64,000 bases of DNA. It comes from Geosiphon pyriformis uo1. Lineage: Eukaryota; Fungi; Glomeromycota. The stretch is taken from assembly GCA_016748015.1 (NCBI GenBank), contig JAAOMT010000786.1, forward strand, positions 317,903 through 381,902, in the 5' to 3' direction. Positions 1 through 13,047 of the stretch are shown here, in pieces. The notes under the pieces were generated by a model. The model was not told the origin of the DNA. It saw nothing but the letters and a program-made list of their open reading frames with translations, and ran no database searches. Within the stretch, counting starts at the first letter, position 1, and every line of letters starts with the position of its first letter. Made by a program: the position numbers and the translations under genes.

Positions 1-333
1 TACTGCTACAGGTTTCAGTATACTTTATATTTAACCGTTATCAGAGTAATCGTTTTTGGTACCTCACTGCGTGGTTAAAATTTATTCTACATAGCTGAAA
101 TGAACTCATTGATTTCACTTCTTCAAGTTTTCGAGAGCAATGCAAAAACAAGTGGAGTCAGCAGCCTATCACTATTAAATAGCTCTCCTGATGGCAATAT
201 GACGGACAGCAGCGGAAAAATTTTGGGTTCTCTGATTGAAGAGAAATCAAGATCGGTACCCTTACTATTTCAACAAAAAGAGTGTATTAAATCCAACGCC
301 CAAGCTGCCTTAGTAGCATCGCGCCCAAATTAA
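1..333 (+). CDS. Probable last exon(s) of a gene starting upstream of the window; product unknown
   Basis: Acceptor-like ...ctacatag at about 93 is followed by an open frame (AEMNSLIS...ASRPN*) to TAA 333, convergent with SVF1. No recognisable domain. Confidence 0.35.
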
Positions 334-539
334 AGAATCAAGTTTGATGAAGATGTCTAAGAATCTTATCCATGCAAGTATTTGGGATAATAATATTCCC
401 GAGAAAAAATCTTGTTTAGTATAACCAATTTTCTTATCAACGTTGTTTTAATACTTTTCACAAAATTAATTAGACTTTCTTAACATCGATTAATCAATTA
501 AGAAACTAGACTCCATGGTAACATAAATAAAAATATATT

Positions 540-1745
540 CTAAGAGATAAAGGTAGCTTCGTTGAATAATTTACCAGAGACAGAGATCGTTGGATTATTT
601 CCAACAGTAATGTTAGCAGTCGCTTCATTGAACCACTGATAGATAAAAGGCTTCGCAACGAAAGCTATTTAGAGAAAGAAAAATATTAATTTGATTTGAC
701 TGGCTATAGTCGTAGCAAATTAAAAGCAAAAAATAACTGACATTGAACGATCTTCTTCAAAACATAGGGAACTTCTTTAAGTACATCAATTTTATCCATG
801 AGCACTTGCGGTCTGATTTTCAGACTAGCTTTAAACTCTTCTTTGGTGTCCAGAGTTATGCCATCCCATGTGTAATGAATTTCTTTTGGAATGTGATACC
901 CAGTCTGGAGGTCTGGTTCAGTCTCCAAAAATTCAACCACATTTTTTACAGAGACGCCAATTAATTTATCGTTAATAATTAGACTGCCTTGATTTACTTT
1001 TTTACTTCCATAATGGGGAGTAGTTTCGAATTCGAGCATTGCCAGTGAAACGGTTGGTGATTGAAAATCGAGGAAGTTCCAGCGAGAGGCAATTAGATGT
1101 GGCCTCATACCTTGAATGGCATGTACAAATAATGCGGTTCCAGTAATATCAAAGGCTTTTCCATCAACCACAATATTTCCACTAGTTTTGCATTTAGGCC
1201 AAAATTTGTGTTCGACAAATCCCGATGTCTTATCTTTTCCAAAAAAAGTCTTTCCTTCCCCAATTTTGAACCCACGATCGACCCTTTCTAGCTCAAAAGA
1301 GACAATGAGATCTTGGTTATGTTTCAAAGTAACTTTATATTTGTTACATTCAGGATTAAGAGTAATTTCCATATTATCCGCAGTAGCTGATCGTCGATCG
1401 TCGGAAAGTTTAAAATTGGACATATTGACGGATTTAAACGTATTAATTCCAGCACCAAAAAATCTCGCGGTAAATTGGATTGTTGGTGACCAGAGACTTT
1501 GTAAGAGATGTAGATTTTAATGATGAACAAAGTTTGCTTAGAAATAATATATACGTAGACCCATACCCAATGCTGGAATGGATCATTTGTACAAAAGCAA
1601 AATGACCTTCATCAGTCGTCAAGTAAAAGGTTTGGGTTTCGGTGGAAGAGCCAGAAGCAAGTGTCCATTCAAGATCTTTAGGAGAGACATCAGAGTAAAG
1701 TTTGTCCTTTGCCAATGAACTAGCGATATGAAGATTAGTAGCCAT
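540..1745 (-). CDS. SVF1: Survival factor 1 (Svf1) family protein, 3 exons
   Basis: ATG at 1745 (MATNL...). Motifs STETQTFY, FVQMIHS, HAIQGMRPHLIASRWNF, KPFIYQW. Introns GTATGG..AG and GTCAGT..AG; ends EATFIS* (TAG 542-540). Confidence 0.9.
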
Positions 1746-2185
1746 GGTACTGATATTCAAGTCCCGTGGAAAGGTAACAGTAAAGAAAAAAACTGGCAAC
1801 TTTAAATTTTCTCTGTGCGAGGGTCGACTTTAAAATTTCGAACACAATTATTTTAATCATTATGCTAACTTCAGTTTATCACGCTACGAGGCTTGCAATG
1901 CTATGCCGATTGGCGAAAATACTCAGACAAACAGCTTTACTGGTATTGTCTGATTTTGGAAATGATCATTTTCAGACGCAGTCACATAATAAGAATGACT
2001 AAATAGAAACTCACCCCTCTTTCTTTCAAAGAAAAAAGGCGAAAAATCAATTTCTCACCTTTGTAGTATTTACTCGATTATTGGAAATAAAACAATTGCT
2101 GGGTGCATTCTGAAACTTTGAATTTTTGGCAGCTTGAAGAAAACAATACTTCGCTTTTTTTAATAATTCGAGAAAAACCCTAAAG

Positions 2186-3290
2186 ATGGGTCTTCCTATG
2201 TACGTTTCCCCTCCTCTGGCCAAAAGACAGCTATCATTAAAACAACCACAAACACCCACAGACCAGCCTTCAGACGTTTCAAGTGATGCTAGTCAAAATT
2301 CTCGAACAAGCGCTTTTGGTAATCGTTTTTTTCTCGATAGGAATCTATCTAGCTCACCAATCTCATTCAGCCAAAATAGTGAGATGAATGCTTTTCTTCC
2401 TTCTTTGGACAACAATCTCACTGACCAACAACCAATATTAGAGATTCCAGAGTGGCTACCTGTTAGAAATGACCAGCAACGGCATGAAGAACGACGTAGA
2501 AGAAGATCCCTTCCATATAATCTTGTCCACAACATTCAACGACTTCATCAACTGCATCATCTACACCGTACACGTGAACAAATGGTTTCTACTTCTAGCC
2601 TCGCGGCTAGACGTGGTCTACAAGCTGCACATCTAATGAATCTTCAAGCTGAGCAAAGTTCACAAGTTAGGTCAAATCCTCTTCCTCCTCTTCGAAGTCC
2701 AGTGAGAATTCGCCCCACTGATGATCACCATCGTTCGCACCATCGTAATCATCGCTCTCAGTACGACCGCAATCACCCTCAAAGCCACCGCACTCACGAT
2801 GATATTATATCCTCAACTCCATCTCAAACAAACAATTCGACATCAAGCACACAACCTTCATCTACAGCATTAGATGAAGTGATTAGACGAGTAAATCTGT
2901 TACGCCAAATGGCTCAGCAGCAGGAAAGATTATTAAGACCAAGATACCGACCATCAAATGGATCCAGCCGGTCATCATCTTCAACAATTTCGCCTTCAAT
3001 AGCAAGTTCAGCTGGGACAATCAGAGAAAGTCTACTCGAAAATACGAGGTTGCCACCGATGTCGGTTGACAATCCAACCCTCGTCCCCACACAAAATCTC
3101 GCACGCCTGTTACCACTACCAGCTTCTCAATCCAACAATTATCGTTATCATAGACATTATGCTCTTGCTTTAGAGCCTACTATTAATAATGGGAGTTTTG
3201 AGGGAGATCCTTCTGTCCCATTTATTTTCCTTAGCGATGATTCAGGTTCAAATCAACAGACACGTATCTTATCTCCCATACCAAGGCGAC

Positions 3291-3370
<80 letters not shown>

Positions 3371-3580
3371 CATAATACATATTCGGCTGCATTAGCTGCT
3401 GTATCTGTCAATTCTATTGACCTTGAGGGGGAGGAGAGGGATGGCTATGAAGTGGATGGAAATAGGGTGGTAGTTGGAATTAGAGACCAATCCCCAGCAA
3501 ATTTTGGTGCCTCTAATAATGATGAAATCACTGAAATAATTCCGGAACAGAGAGGTTCAGCTTTTGGAGGGTGTTGCTAG
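2186..3580 (+). CDS. Intronless 464-aa low-complexity, probably disordered protein (S/R/H/N-rich); starts MGLPM, ends GGCC
   Basis: Long uninterrupted ORF in an AT-rich genome, divergent from SVF1, with coding-like composition. Confidence 0.75.
3296..3370 (+). repeat. (AAT)25 microsatellite encoding poly-Asn
   Basis: Perfect AAT run read directly, in frame within the 464-aa ORF. Confidence 0.95.
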
Positions 3581-4122
3581 TGGACAAGTCTTCAAAAAAT
3601 TTCATTTTTTATTAATAAGGTATTTTCATTGGATTTTCCTTATATAAAGATTGGATTTTTTACTTTAAAATTTGCTCATGATGTTTTTATCATCCGTGAA
3701 CATTTAGGGTACAATTGTTTCGATTATGTACGCATATGATCAAATAAATTTTCTGCTACGTTTTCTTTAAAGTTTGGGAAACGTGGAAGAAAAAAAGAGA
3801 TAAATGTAGATATATGGATGAAAATCAAAAAATAGCATGTGCCTATATGATACGGCAAGAAAAATTTTTTTCACTCGGTTTTTCGTAAATTTGTTACTTC
3901 TGATTTCCTACTCTTAGATAAATTACCAAGCAAAATAAAACTCAAAAAAAAGCTGTAAAAAATTATGCTTTTATCCGATAAAAATCGAGAGATATGTGAT
4001 CTGTTCATTAGCCGAAACAAGAAATTTCTGTATTTGGAGATTTTCAATTGCAACAAATTCACATAAGGTTGCGTATTCGATTTTTTTCCTGTGAAGAAAT
4101 CAAACTTTCAAGCGGTTCTTCA

Positions 4123-7100
4123 ATGTCAAAACATTACGAGTATTTCGAGTCCGAAATTAATGGACGTGCTATTTACTTGAATTCCACAACCAATTTGAAA
4201 AAACCTTTAGCTAGTCTTTTAGTATTACTCTTTTTTTCAACACTTTGGACTGCATATCATATTAGTTCTAATACTCTTCGAACTGTGCAAGTTCCTTCTG
4301 GTATTTCTTTTGAAGCATTTCGAGAAGGACTTGAGAAATGCGCTGCATTTAAAAGACGACCAACAGATTTCACAAATAGAACGCGTGTCAATAATCCCAG
4401 ACGTGATACCAATTCTGAAACCATAATTTTCAAGAATGGTAACATACTTGATGGTTTGGGGAACAAAATTGGAAAGGATGTGGCTATTAAAGATGGTCTT
4501 ATCCTCTCAATCGGAGAAAATCTGGAGGTTGAAGGGGCCAAAGTGATTGATTTAAAAAAGAAATATATGTCGCCTGGACTTGTGGATATGCATAGGTCTG
4601 TGTGTGATAAATAATCACGTCGCGTTGATTGATGATCTACCTTTGAAATGTGGCTTATTTGTCCGCTATTCCAAAAGTCATCTTGGTGTTAATTCTTGGC
4701 CAGAGTTATTCGGAACTGATGATACTAATGAATCAACTGACCCAATTACTCCTTATGTTTGTATTAGTTCAGATAAAGATTTTGACCTGAAATATATCAA
4801 AGAATTGGTTCCAGAGAAAATCGTATTTTTTTTTGGTTTATTTACATTGGATCTTGATCTTTTTTGATAATGACAACCAGTTTTTTGATGTATTTCTAGT
4901 TCTTTAAAAGAAATATATTCTTTAAAAAGCTTATAATAATATACCTCACGCTAGAGTTTAAATGAATTACTAGGTACGCGCTATTGATGGTCTCAATCCA
5001 AGTGATCCTGGTAAGTTAAATCTTGATTCACGTTGATATACTCTGTGGGATATTTATTGATCCTGAATTTTATTTTCAAGCTCTTCGCATAATTGCTTCG
5101 GGTGGAATCACTACTTCGTTAGGTAAGAGAACTAGTAAAAAATTCACCTCACCACCCTTTGACCAATTTTTTACCTTTATAAGTGTTGTTCAAGATAGCT
5201 AAAATGACCAAGACATTTCCTCCCATGAATTGGGTGCCGTCACAAATTGTTTTTGTTTGCGTTTCAGATTCATTTGAAATGATAAAATCCGGCCTTTGTA
5301 GTTAAGCATGCGATCCACTTTGAGATTATAATTAATAAATAGAAAACCATACTCAAATTCCAAGTTAATTTCTTTTGAATTACTTTTAATCTCAACCAGA
5401 ATTAAAATTTAATTCAAACCTGATTTCAATAGCGATCTGTGACGGCGCCCAAAGGGCTAGAATTTTATTTATAATTTAATGCATCATTTCGCCTGATCAA
5501 CAAGGGTCTCAAAAAATATGTACAAAGATAAGTTTCATACTTTTAATTCATCTATAGTTCTACCGGGGAGTGCCAATTTAATGGGTGGTGAGGGTTATGT
5601 AATCAAGTTGCGTCCTGTTGATACACTATCAGTTGAGGATATGGATATCAATGCTCATATAAGTTTTACTGAACAAAAGCCTTGGAAATGGATGAAGATG
5701 GCTTGTGGTGAAAATCCAAAGGTAATTTCAATATAAAAATATTTCACAGGTAGTTTTTTATTAAGAATAATAAAAATATAAAATTCTCTAATTTTTATGT
5801 GCTAAAAAGGGAGTATATGGTCGACGTCTCAAAAAGATGCCCAAAACTAGATTGGGCGAAGCTTGGCTTTTCAGAAAAAGATTTGCTGAAGCACAAGTTT
5901 TAAAGCAGAAACAAGATGATTGGTGTGATAGTGCTGAAAAACTGGGTAATAATGAACAATTGAATACAAGATTTCCTGAAGATTTATCCAATGAACTTTT
6001 GGTGGCTTTGTTGAGGGGAGATGTGAAATTAAATGTTCATTGTTATGAGGTTATTCAGTTTTTACAATTAATTATTGAAATCAATTATCTATCTTTATTA
6101 ATTTTACTAATTCTTGCTGATATAATTGATTAAAAGACTCATGATATTGAAGCGTTCATTAGGCATTCTATCGAGTTCAAATTTAATATTGCCGCAATTC
6201 ATCATGCTTTAGATGCTTATCGAATTCCTAGTATCATAAAAAGAACATCAAATGAGATTACTGTCGCCATTTTTTCAGATTTATGGGGTTATAAGAAAGA
6301 AGCTTTTCAGGCTAGTACCAAAGCACCACTTATACTTTCGGAAGCGAATATTCCCGTTGCTTTAAAAAGTGATCACCCAGTGACCAATGCAGTAATTATT
6401 TTCAATTTTATTTTAAACGAATTTTAAACGTAATTATTCAAAATTTTCAAAATTTTTGATACTTTTAATTTCAGCAAAATTTGGTTTACGAAGCTGCCAA
6501 AGCACACCATTATGGTCTTAGTGAAGGTCTTGCATTAGCGGCTGTAACCTCTATCCCTGCAAAAGCTCTTGGTCTTGAATATCGTATTGGTAGAATCGCT
6601 GAAGGATATGATGCTGATCTTGTGGTGAATAAGAAATTTTTGCACACAAATGGTTTTTTTGGAGCTCAATATAAAATATCCCTTATTTAGATATGGAATT
6701 CTCATCCGCTTTCACTCGGTGCTACTCCTCTGGAAGTTTATATTGATGGAATACCTCAATTCAGAGCATCAATGTCTGTCCTCGCTCAGGCACCCAAAAA
6801 GCCCATCTCATTAAATAATTCAATGTCACCTGATAGGAAATCAGGGGATCAACGTAAAATGCGAATTTCCTCCTCCGTTCTCATAACAAATGTGGGAAAG
6901 ATCTTTGTGAATGAAAATTCAATTATGAACGCTTTATCAAGGCCGGAAAATGAAAGGATGAAAATTTTAGTTCAAGGAGGAATTGTGAAATGCTTAGGAT
7001 ATTCATGTGACAAAATTGAATCAATTGTGGCTGATCATGTAGTTGATTTGGAGGGCGGTTATGTATTACCGGTGAGTTTTATAAATACTACTTAATGCTC

Positions 7101-10100
7101 ATCAAACTGTTCTGCGAGCAAAAAAACATAAAACTCTTTGAAAAACCCTGTAGGGGATTGTAGCCGTTGGAACTGATCTTGGTCTTTCAGAAATTGAGCA
7201 AGAACCTCGTACACGTGATGGGATCGTTGCATCTCTTTCAAGTCCTAACGATACTCATCATATAATACACGCGTTAGATGGATTAAAATTAGGTGGTAAA
7301 CATTTGGATGTTGCCTATAAAGCTGGCATTCTCACTGCTGTAACTGCTCCATTGTCTCGATTTGGAGTGGTGATTGGAGTTTCTACTGCGTTTAAAACTG
7401 GTGGGATAACTAGTGAGTCATTAAAATTTTTAAATCTCTTTATCACCAATTTTTATCATGATAATAACATTAGCTTAATTTTGAAATGTATAAGTCATTG
7501 ATGATGAAAATGACGAAATTGTCAAAGAAGCAGTTGCTTTACATTTTCATATAGGAACATCATTCTTGGATGGTATGTTCATAAGTTTGAATTTCTCGTA
7601 ATTAAAAAACATTTTCATTTTTTAATTTGATAACTAAATATAAATCAATTTCGTGAAATTCAGAAAAAACCCCTACAGTTTCATCTCAGATTAATTTCCT
7701 ACGGCAAGCATTAATACAAAATATCGAGCCATCTTTCACTAATGTTTACGGGCGTGCCGCTCGGGGTGAAATTCCAGTTGCTGTCTATACTCATAGTAAA
7801 GATGAGATCGCGTCACTTATTCGGCTTAAAAAACAAGTCAATTTGAAAAATGGTAAATTAAGATTGGTGATTATTGGTGGTGCTGAAGCACATTTTTTAG
7901 CCGAGAAATTAGCCANNNNNNNNNNNNNNNNNNNNTTCACAGGTAGTTTTTTATTAAGAATAATAAAAATATAAAATTCTCTAATTTTTATGTGCTAAAA
8001 AGGGAGTATATGGTCGACGTCTCAAAAAGATGCCCAAAACTAGATTGGGCGAAGCTTGGCTTTTCAGAAAAAGATTTGCTGAAGCACAAGTTTTAAAGCA
8101 GAAACAAGATGATTGGTGTGATAGTGCTGAAAAACTGGGTAATAATGAACAATTGAATACAAGATTTCCTGAAGATTTATCCAATGAACTTTTGGTGGCT
8201 TTGTTGAGGGGAGATGTGAAATTAAATGTTCATTGTTATGAGGTTATTCAGTTTTTACAATTAATTATTGAAATCAATTATCTATCTTTATTAATTTTAC
8301 TAATTCTTGCTGATATAATTGATTAAAAGACTCATGATATTGAAGCGTTCATTAGGCATTCTATCGAGTTCAAATTTAATATTGCCGCAATTCATCATGC
8401 TTTAGATGCTTATCGAATTCCTAGTATCATAAAAAGAACATCAAATGAGATTACTGTCGCCATTTTTTCAGATTTATGGGGTTATAAGAAAGAAGCTTTT
8501 CAGGCTAGTACCAAAGCACCACTTATACTTTCGGAAGCGAATATTCCCGTTGCTTTAAAAAGTGATCACCCAGTGACCAATGCAGTAATTATTTTCAATT
8601 TTATTTTAAACGAATTTTAAACGTAATTATTCAAAATTTTCAAAATTTTTGATACTTTTAATTTCAGCAAAATTTGGTTTACGAAGCTGCCAAAGCACAC
8701 CATTATGGTCTTAGTGAAGGTCTTGCATTAGCGGCTGTAACCTCTATCCCTGCAAAAGCTCTTGGTCTTGAATATCGTATTGGTAGAATCGCTGAAGGAT
8801 ATGATGCTGATCTTGTGGTGAATAAGAAATTTTTGCACACAAATGGTTTTTTTGGAGCTCAATATAAAATATCCCTTATTTAGATATGGAATTCTCATCC
8901 GCTTTCACTCGGTGCTACTCCTCTGGAAGTTTATATTGATGGAATACCTCAATTCAGAGCATCAATGTCTGTCCTCGCTCAGGCACCCAAAAAGCCCATC
9001 TCATTAAATAATTCAATGTCACCTGATAGGAAATCAGGGGATCAACGTAAAATGCGAATTTCCTCCTCCGTTCTCATAACAAATGTGGGAAAGATCTTTG
9101 TGAATGAAAATTCAATTATGAACGCTTTATCAAGGCCGGAAAATGAAAGGATGAAAATTTTAGTTCAAGGAGGAATTGTGAAATGCTTAGGATATTCATG
9201 TGACAAAATTGAATCAATTGTGGCTGATCATGTAGTTGATTTGGAGGGCGGTTATGTATTACCGGTGAGTTTTATAAATACTACTTAATGCTCATCAAAC
9301 TGTTCTGCGAGCAAAAAAACATAAAACTCTTTGAAAAACCCTGTAGGGGATTGTAGCCGTTGGAACTGATCTTGGTCTTTCAGAAATTGAGCAAGAACCT
9401 CGTACACGTGATGGGATCGTTGCATCTCTTTCAAGTCCTAACGATACTCATCATATAATACACGCGTTAGATGGATTAAAATTAGGTGGTAAACATTTGG
9501 ATGTTGCCTATAAAGCTGGCATTCTCACTGCTGTAACTGCTCCATTGTCTCGATTTGGAGTGGTGATTGGAGTTTCTACTGCGTTTAAAACTGGTGGGAT
9601 AACTAGTGAGTCATTAAAATTTTTAAATCTCTTTATCACCAATTTTTATCATGATAATAACATTAGCTTAATTTTGAAATGTATAAGTCATTGATGATGA
9701 AAATGACGAAATTGTCAAAGAAGCAGTTGCTTTACATTTTCATATAGGAACATCATTCTTGGATGGTATGTTCATAAGTTTGAATTTCTCGTAATTAAAA
9801 AACATTTTCATTTTTTAATTTGATAACTAAATATAAATCAATTTCGTGAAATTCAGAAAAAACCCCTACAGTTTCATCTCAGATTAATTTCCTACGGCAA
9901 GCATTAATACAAAATATCGAGCCATCTTTCACTAATGTTTACGGGCGTGCCGCTCGGGGTGAAATTCCAGTTGCTGTCTATACTCATAGTAAAGATGAGA
10001 TCGCGTCACTTATTCGGCTTAAAAAACAAGTCAATTTGAAAAATGGTAAATTAAGATTGGTGATTATTGGTGGTGCTGAAGCACATTTTTTAGCCGAGAA

Positions 10101-10536
10101 ATTAGCCAAGCATAAAATCGCCGTCGTGCTGGTACCATCTAGACCAACTCCAACTTTATGGACAGCTCAAAATGTTCTCACCGGACCACCTCTAACAAAT
10201 AACACAGGAATTGATATCCTTAATGCTCACAAGGTACTTTTGGGAATTGGAATTGAAGATTCTGGACTCGCAAGAAACTTAGTTTGGGATGCTGGTTGGG
10301 TTTTTCAGAATTCAGGAGGAGAAATTTCTGAAAAAGAAGCTGTCGGATTCATTACTTGGAATTTAGAGAAAATTTTTGGTTTAAAACAAAAATCGGAAGA
10401 AATTAAAGGATTAAAAGAAGGCAGCATCGCGGATTTCGTTGCTTATGATGGCAATCCGTTTGATCTGAAAACAAATGTTCGTATTGTAGCAGGTGGTGGA
10501 CGAAAGAATGTCCTGATCAATCCTGAACAGGATTAG
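4123..10536 (+). CDS. Metal-dependent amidohydrolase with N-terminal TM helix and two tandem amidohydrolase-like halves; multi-exon; true locus probably about 2.19 kb shorter than assembled
   Basis: TM segment LASLLVLLFFSTLWTAY. Motifs PGLVDMHSHLG (split by an intron), KMACGENPK, VHCYE, HHALDAY, KSDHP, GYDADLV. The second half has DLEGGYVLPG, AVGFITWN and ADFVAYDGNP but no HxH. Ends NPEQD*. Confidence 0.85.
5230..5452. mobile_element. Putative MITE (about 220 bp) in an amidohydrolase intron
   Basis: Imperfect 20-bp terminal inverted repeats TTGGGTGCCGTCACAAATTG (5230-5249) and CGATCTGTGACGGCGCCCAA (5433-5452), 17/20 match, around an AT-rich non-coding interior. No clear TSD. Confidence 0.5.
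5743..10108 (+). repeat. Apparently identical 2173-bp direct duplication (5743-7915 = 7936-10108) flanking a 20-N gap; probable contig-overlap artefact
   Basis: Identical ORFs at a constant 2193-bp offset (5837/8030, 6481/8674, 6772/8965, 7304/9497). Copies end and start exactly at the N-run 7916-7935. Confidence 0.9.
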
Positions 10537-11417
10537 AAATTATTTGACCATGAAAATTTATTTTAAATACTACACTTATAAAGTTTTCTTTTTTATTATT
10601 ATTCACGGTAGGGAGTTGTCACCATATCAGCATAGTTTATCTCCATCACAAACAAATCATTATTAAATATATTCCTCTTTCATCTTAGTTCCATTGTCAC
10701 TTGAAATAGAAATATATTAATTGATGTCAGCTGCACATTCTGTTCCTTTTTTTCTACATTTTCATCATATGGACTTTTTTCCCTTTTTACGATCAATAGT
10801 GGTGAGTTTATTACTAATGTTCTTATGGAATTCCACTACTATGGCTGTATGCTCTTGCAGATTTCTCGACTGCATCAAAGAATATAGGTTAGTAAATTTC
10901 AAAAATACAAACATCAATTAATAAGAAATGGTACCTTCATCTCCATCAGTTGAAGATTCCTCTCATTTTTTAATTATTTCAAACCCTGCAAATAGTTAAA
11001 ATAATCATTCTCATTTTTGAACAATTTCGAAATTTAACATCGAGATTTTTTTTAGTAAAACAAATTTCAAGAATGATTATTCATCTGAGGATCTGTAGTG
11101 AACTAATAGTTTAACACTCCAGTTCCGAAATGTGCCACAGAAGACCAAAGACATTCCCGAAGTTAAACGAACTAATAGTTCAACACCTCAGACAACTAAT
11201 AGTCCTGAAGTGTGCCACAGTTCAACACCAAGGATGCTTTTTATAAACCTTATTTCTCATGTCTCTTTCTCACATGTAATATTAAGAGGGCACCATTCAG
11301 TCAGGCCAACTTTTAGGACTATTGTATGAATGAATTGAATGTTTGTCACGTGTTATGATAATATTATTCATTAATTCAGGATTATTATAATCAAAAAACA
11401 ATTCTTGTAAAAGAAAA

Positions 11418-12667
11418 ATGTTTCACGAAGACGAAGATGATATTCCCACGTAAAATCTTCTATCGACCAACTTTTCGTTTTTTTTATCTCGACAGAAATT
11501 AATTCATATTAACCAACCAACAGTTTATCATTAGATACTTTGTCAGCTCTACAAGAATTTTTAACTGATCAAGAAAAAGCAAATAAAATTTTTGAAAGAC
11601 TACGTGCACGTTCTGAGGCACGATTTATCTCTGAGAAAGGAGATTTAAAAGATGACGAGGAGGTACTTGACGACTTAGAAATTAAAGATCAATTGATAAT
11701 GGAGGATGATATGAATTTGTTCAAGGAGGATTGGCAGGTTAATGATGGTTCTCAAAGAATTTGCTTCCTTGTTTATCTAATAATTTTAATTACTCTTCTT
11801 GTTTTTTATCTAGTTAAGCCAATTTTGGGTATATGATATAATTATTATGACTTGCTTTTTTTTGGTGGAAAATAAAATTAAAGGTCACGGGCGATGAAGA
11901 AACTTATATAATCATTTCTTTAAACAAAATGTCACTAACAGTACGATGATACAACGTCGCAAACGATCGCAACAGAAATATTAAAAAATTTTGTCGCTTA
12001 CGCCGGTGATCAAGATAAACTAAAACATCAGTCAAATAATGATTATCGAATTGCATGTATTAGCACTCCAACAATATTTGTTAAGTTGAAGGTAATCAAC
12101 ATGAAAATTCTATTTTTTAGAGATTTGACTTTTTCAATTAGATCAAATTCTAATTTTATTATCCAAATTAGGGTTTGATACAGTCATCAACTTATAATGG
12201 ATGTATACCACAACCATATCTATTTGAGTTCGATAAGAGATTTGACATTTACGGCAAAAATTTCATTCATTATGATTACAAAAAGCCTATAAAGTTTCAC
12301 GATGCTGACCGTCTGAAAGGAGCTTTTGACTATATCGTTATCGATCCGCCATTTTTGAGCGAAGAATGTTTTACAAAGACCATGATTACTACACGATGGT
12401 TGGCAAATCAAGGTTGCAAAATCTTGGTGTGCACGGGTAATTAATTCCGAAATTATATATATATATATATATATTTTCTTTGAATCATATAAAATTATGT
12501 GTTCTATTCTGATATTTTCAGGAAAGGTAATGGCAGATCTGGTAAAGCGGTTAATCGATGCTCGCATGACAAACTTTATTCCTCAACATAAAGGTGGTTT
12601 AGCAAACGAGTTTCGTTGTTTTACTAACTACAAAAGTGATCAATTAGAGTGGGTTGTTGATAATTGA
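11418..12667 (+). CDS. EFM5: eEF1A lysine N-methyltransferase (Efm5/EEF1AKMT1/N6AMT2 family), multi-exon
   Basis: Motifs LSLDTLSALQEF, EDWQ|LSQFW|Y, IACISTPT, LFEFDKRF, IDPPFLSEEC, CTG, GGLANEFRCFTNY; TGA 12665-12667. Confidence 0.9.
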
Positions 12668-13047
12668 AGGGTTGAGTTTCTTTCCTTGAAAAAATTTATT
12701 CGTATATCTCCTTCAAAGGTTACATTTTAGAACTCGACTTTTTTTTATTAAAATGTATCATTTCAATGTAACCGTCCGGAGCCTTTTCAATCAAGATATT
12801 ATTAGGAATCAATTTTAATCATATTTAATGGTTAAAAAAATGATGTTATTCAAGCTTCATCTTGATTTGACAATTGTTGTATAGCCTATCTCACTTTCAC
12901 TATTCTCCAAATTCGAACAGATCTATGCCTATCATTAAGGATGTACAAGTTCATTGAGCTTTTTAGATTGATCAGATCACATGAACTTTATTCCCAAAAA
13001 ATTATTTTGAAGGTTTAATACCCTTTCTCAAAGCCAGAGTTTTCAAA

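Noticed and set aside
3189-3395. Poly-Ile ORF
   Set aside because: Alternative frame of the (AAT)25 microsatellite.
7936-10108. Second amidohydrolase paralogue or internal exon duplication
   Set aside because: Identical to 5743-7915 and bounded by the N-gap; best explained as unmerged contig overlap.
10600-11000. Small gene between the amidohydrolase and EFM5
   Set aside because: Only short frames with stops, no motif and no coherent splice model.
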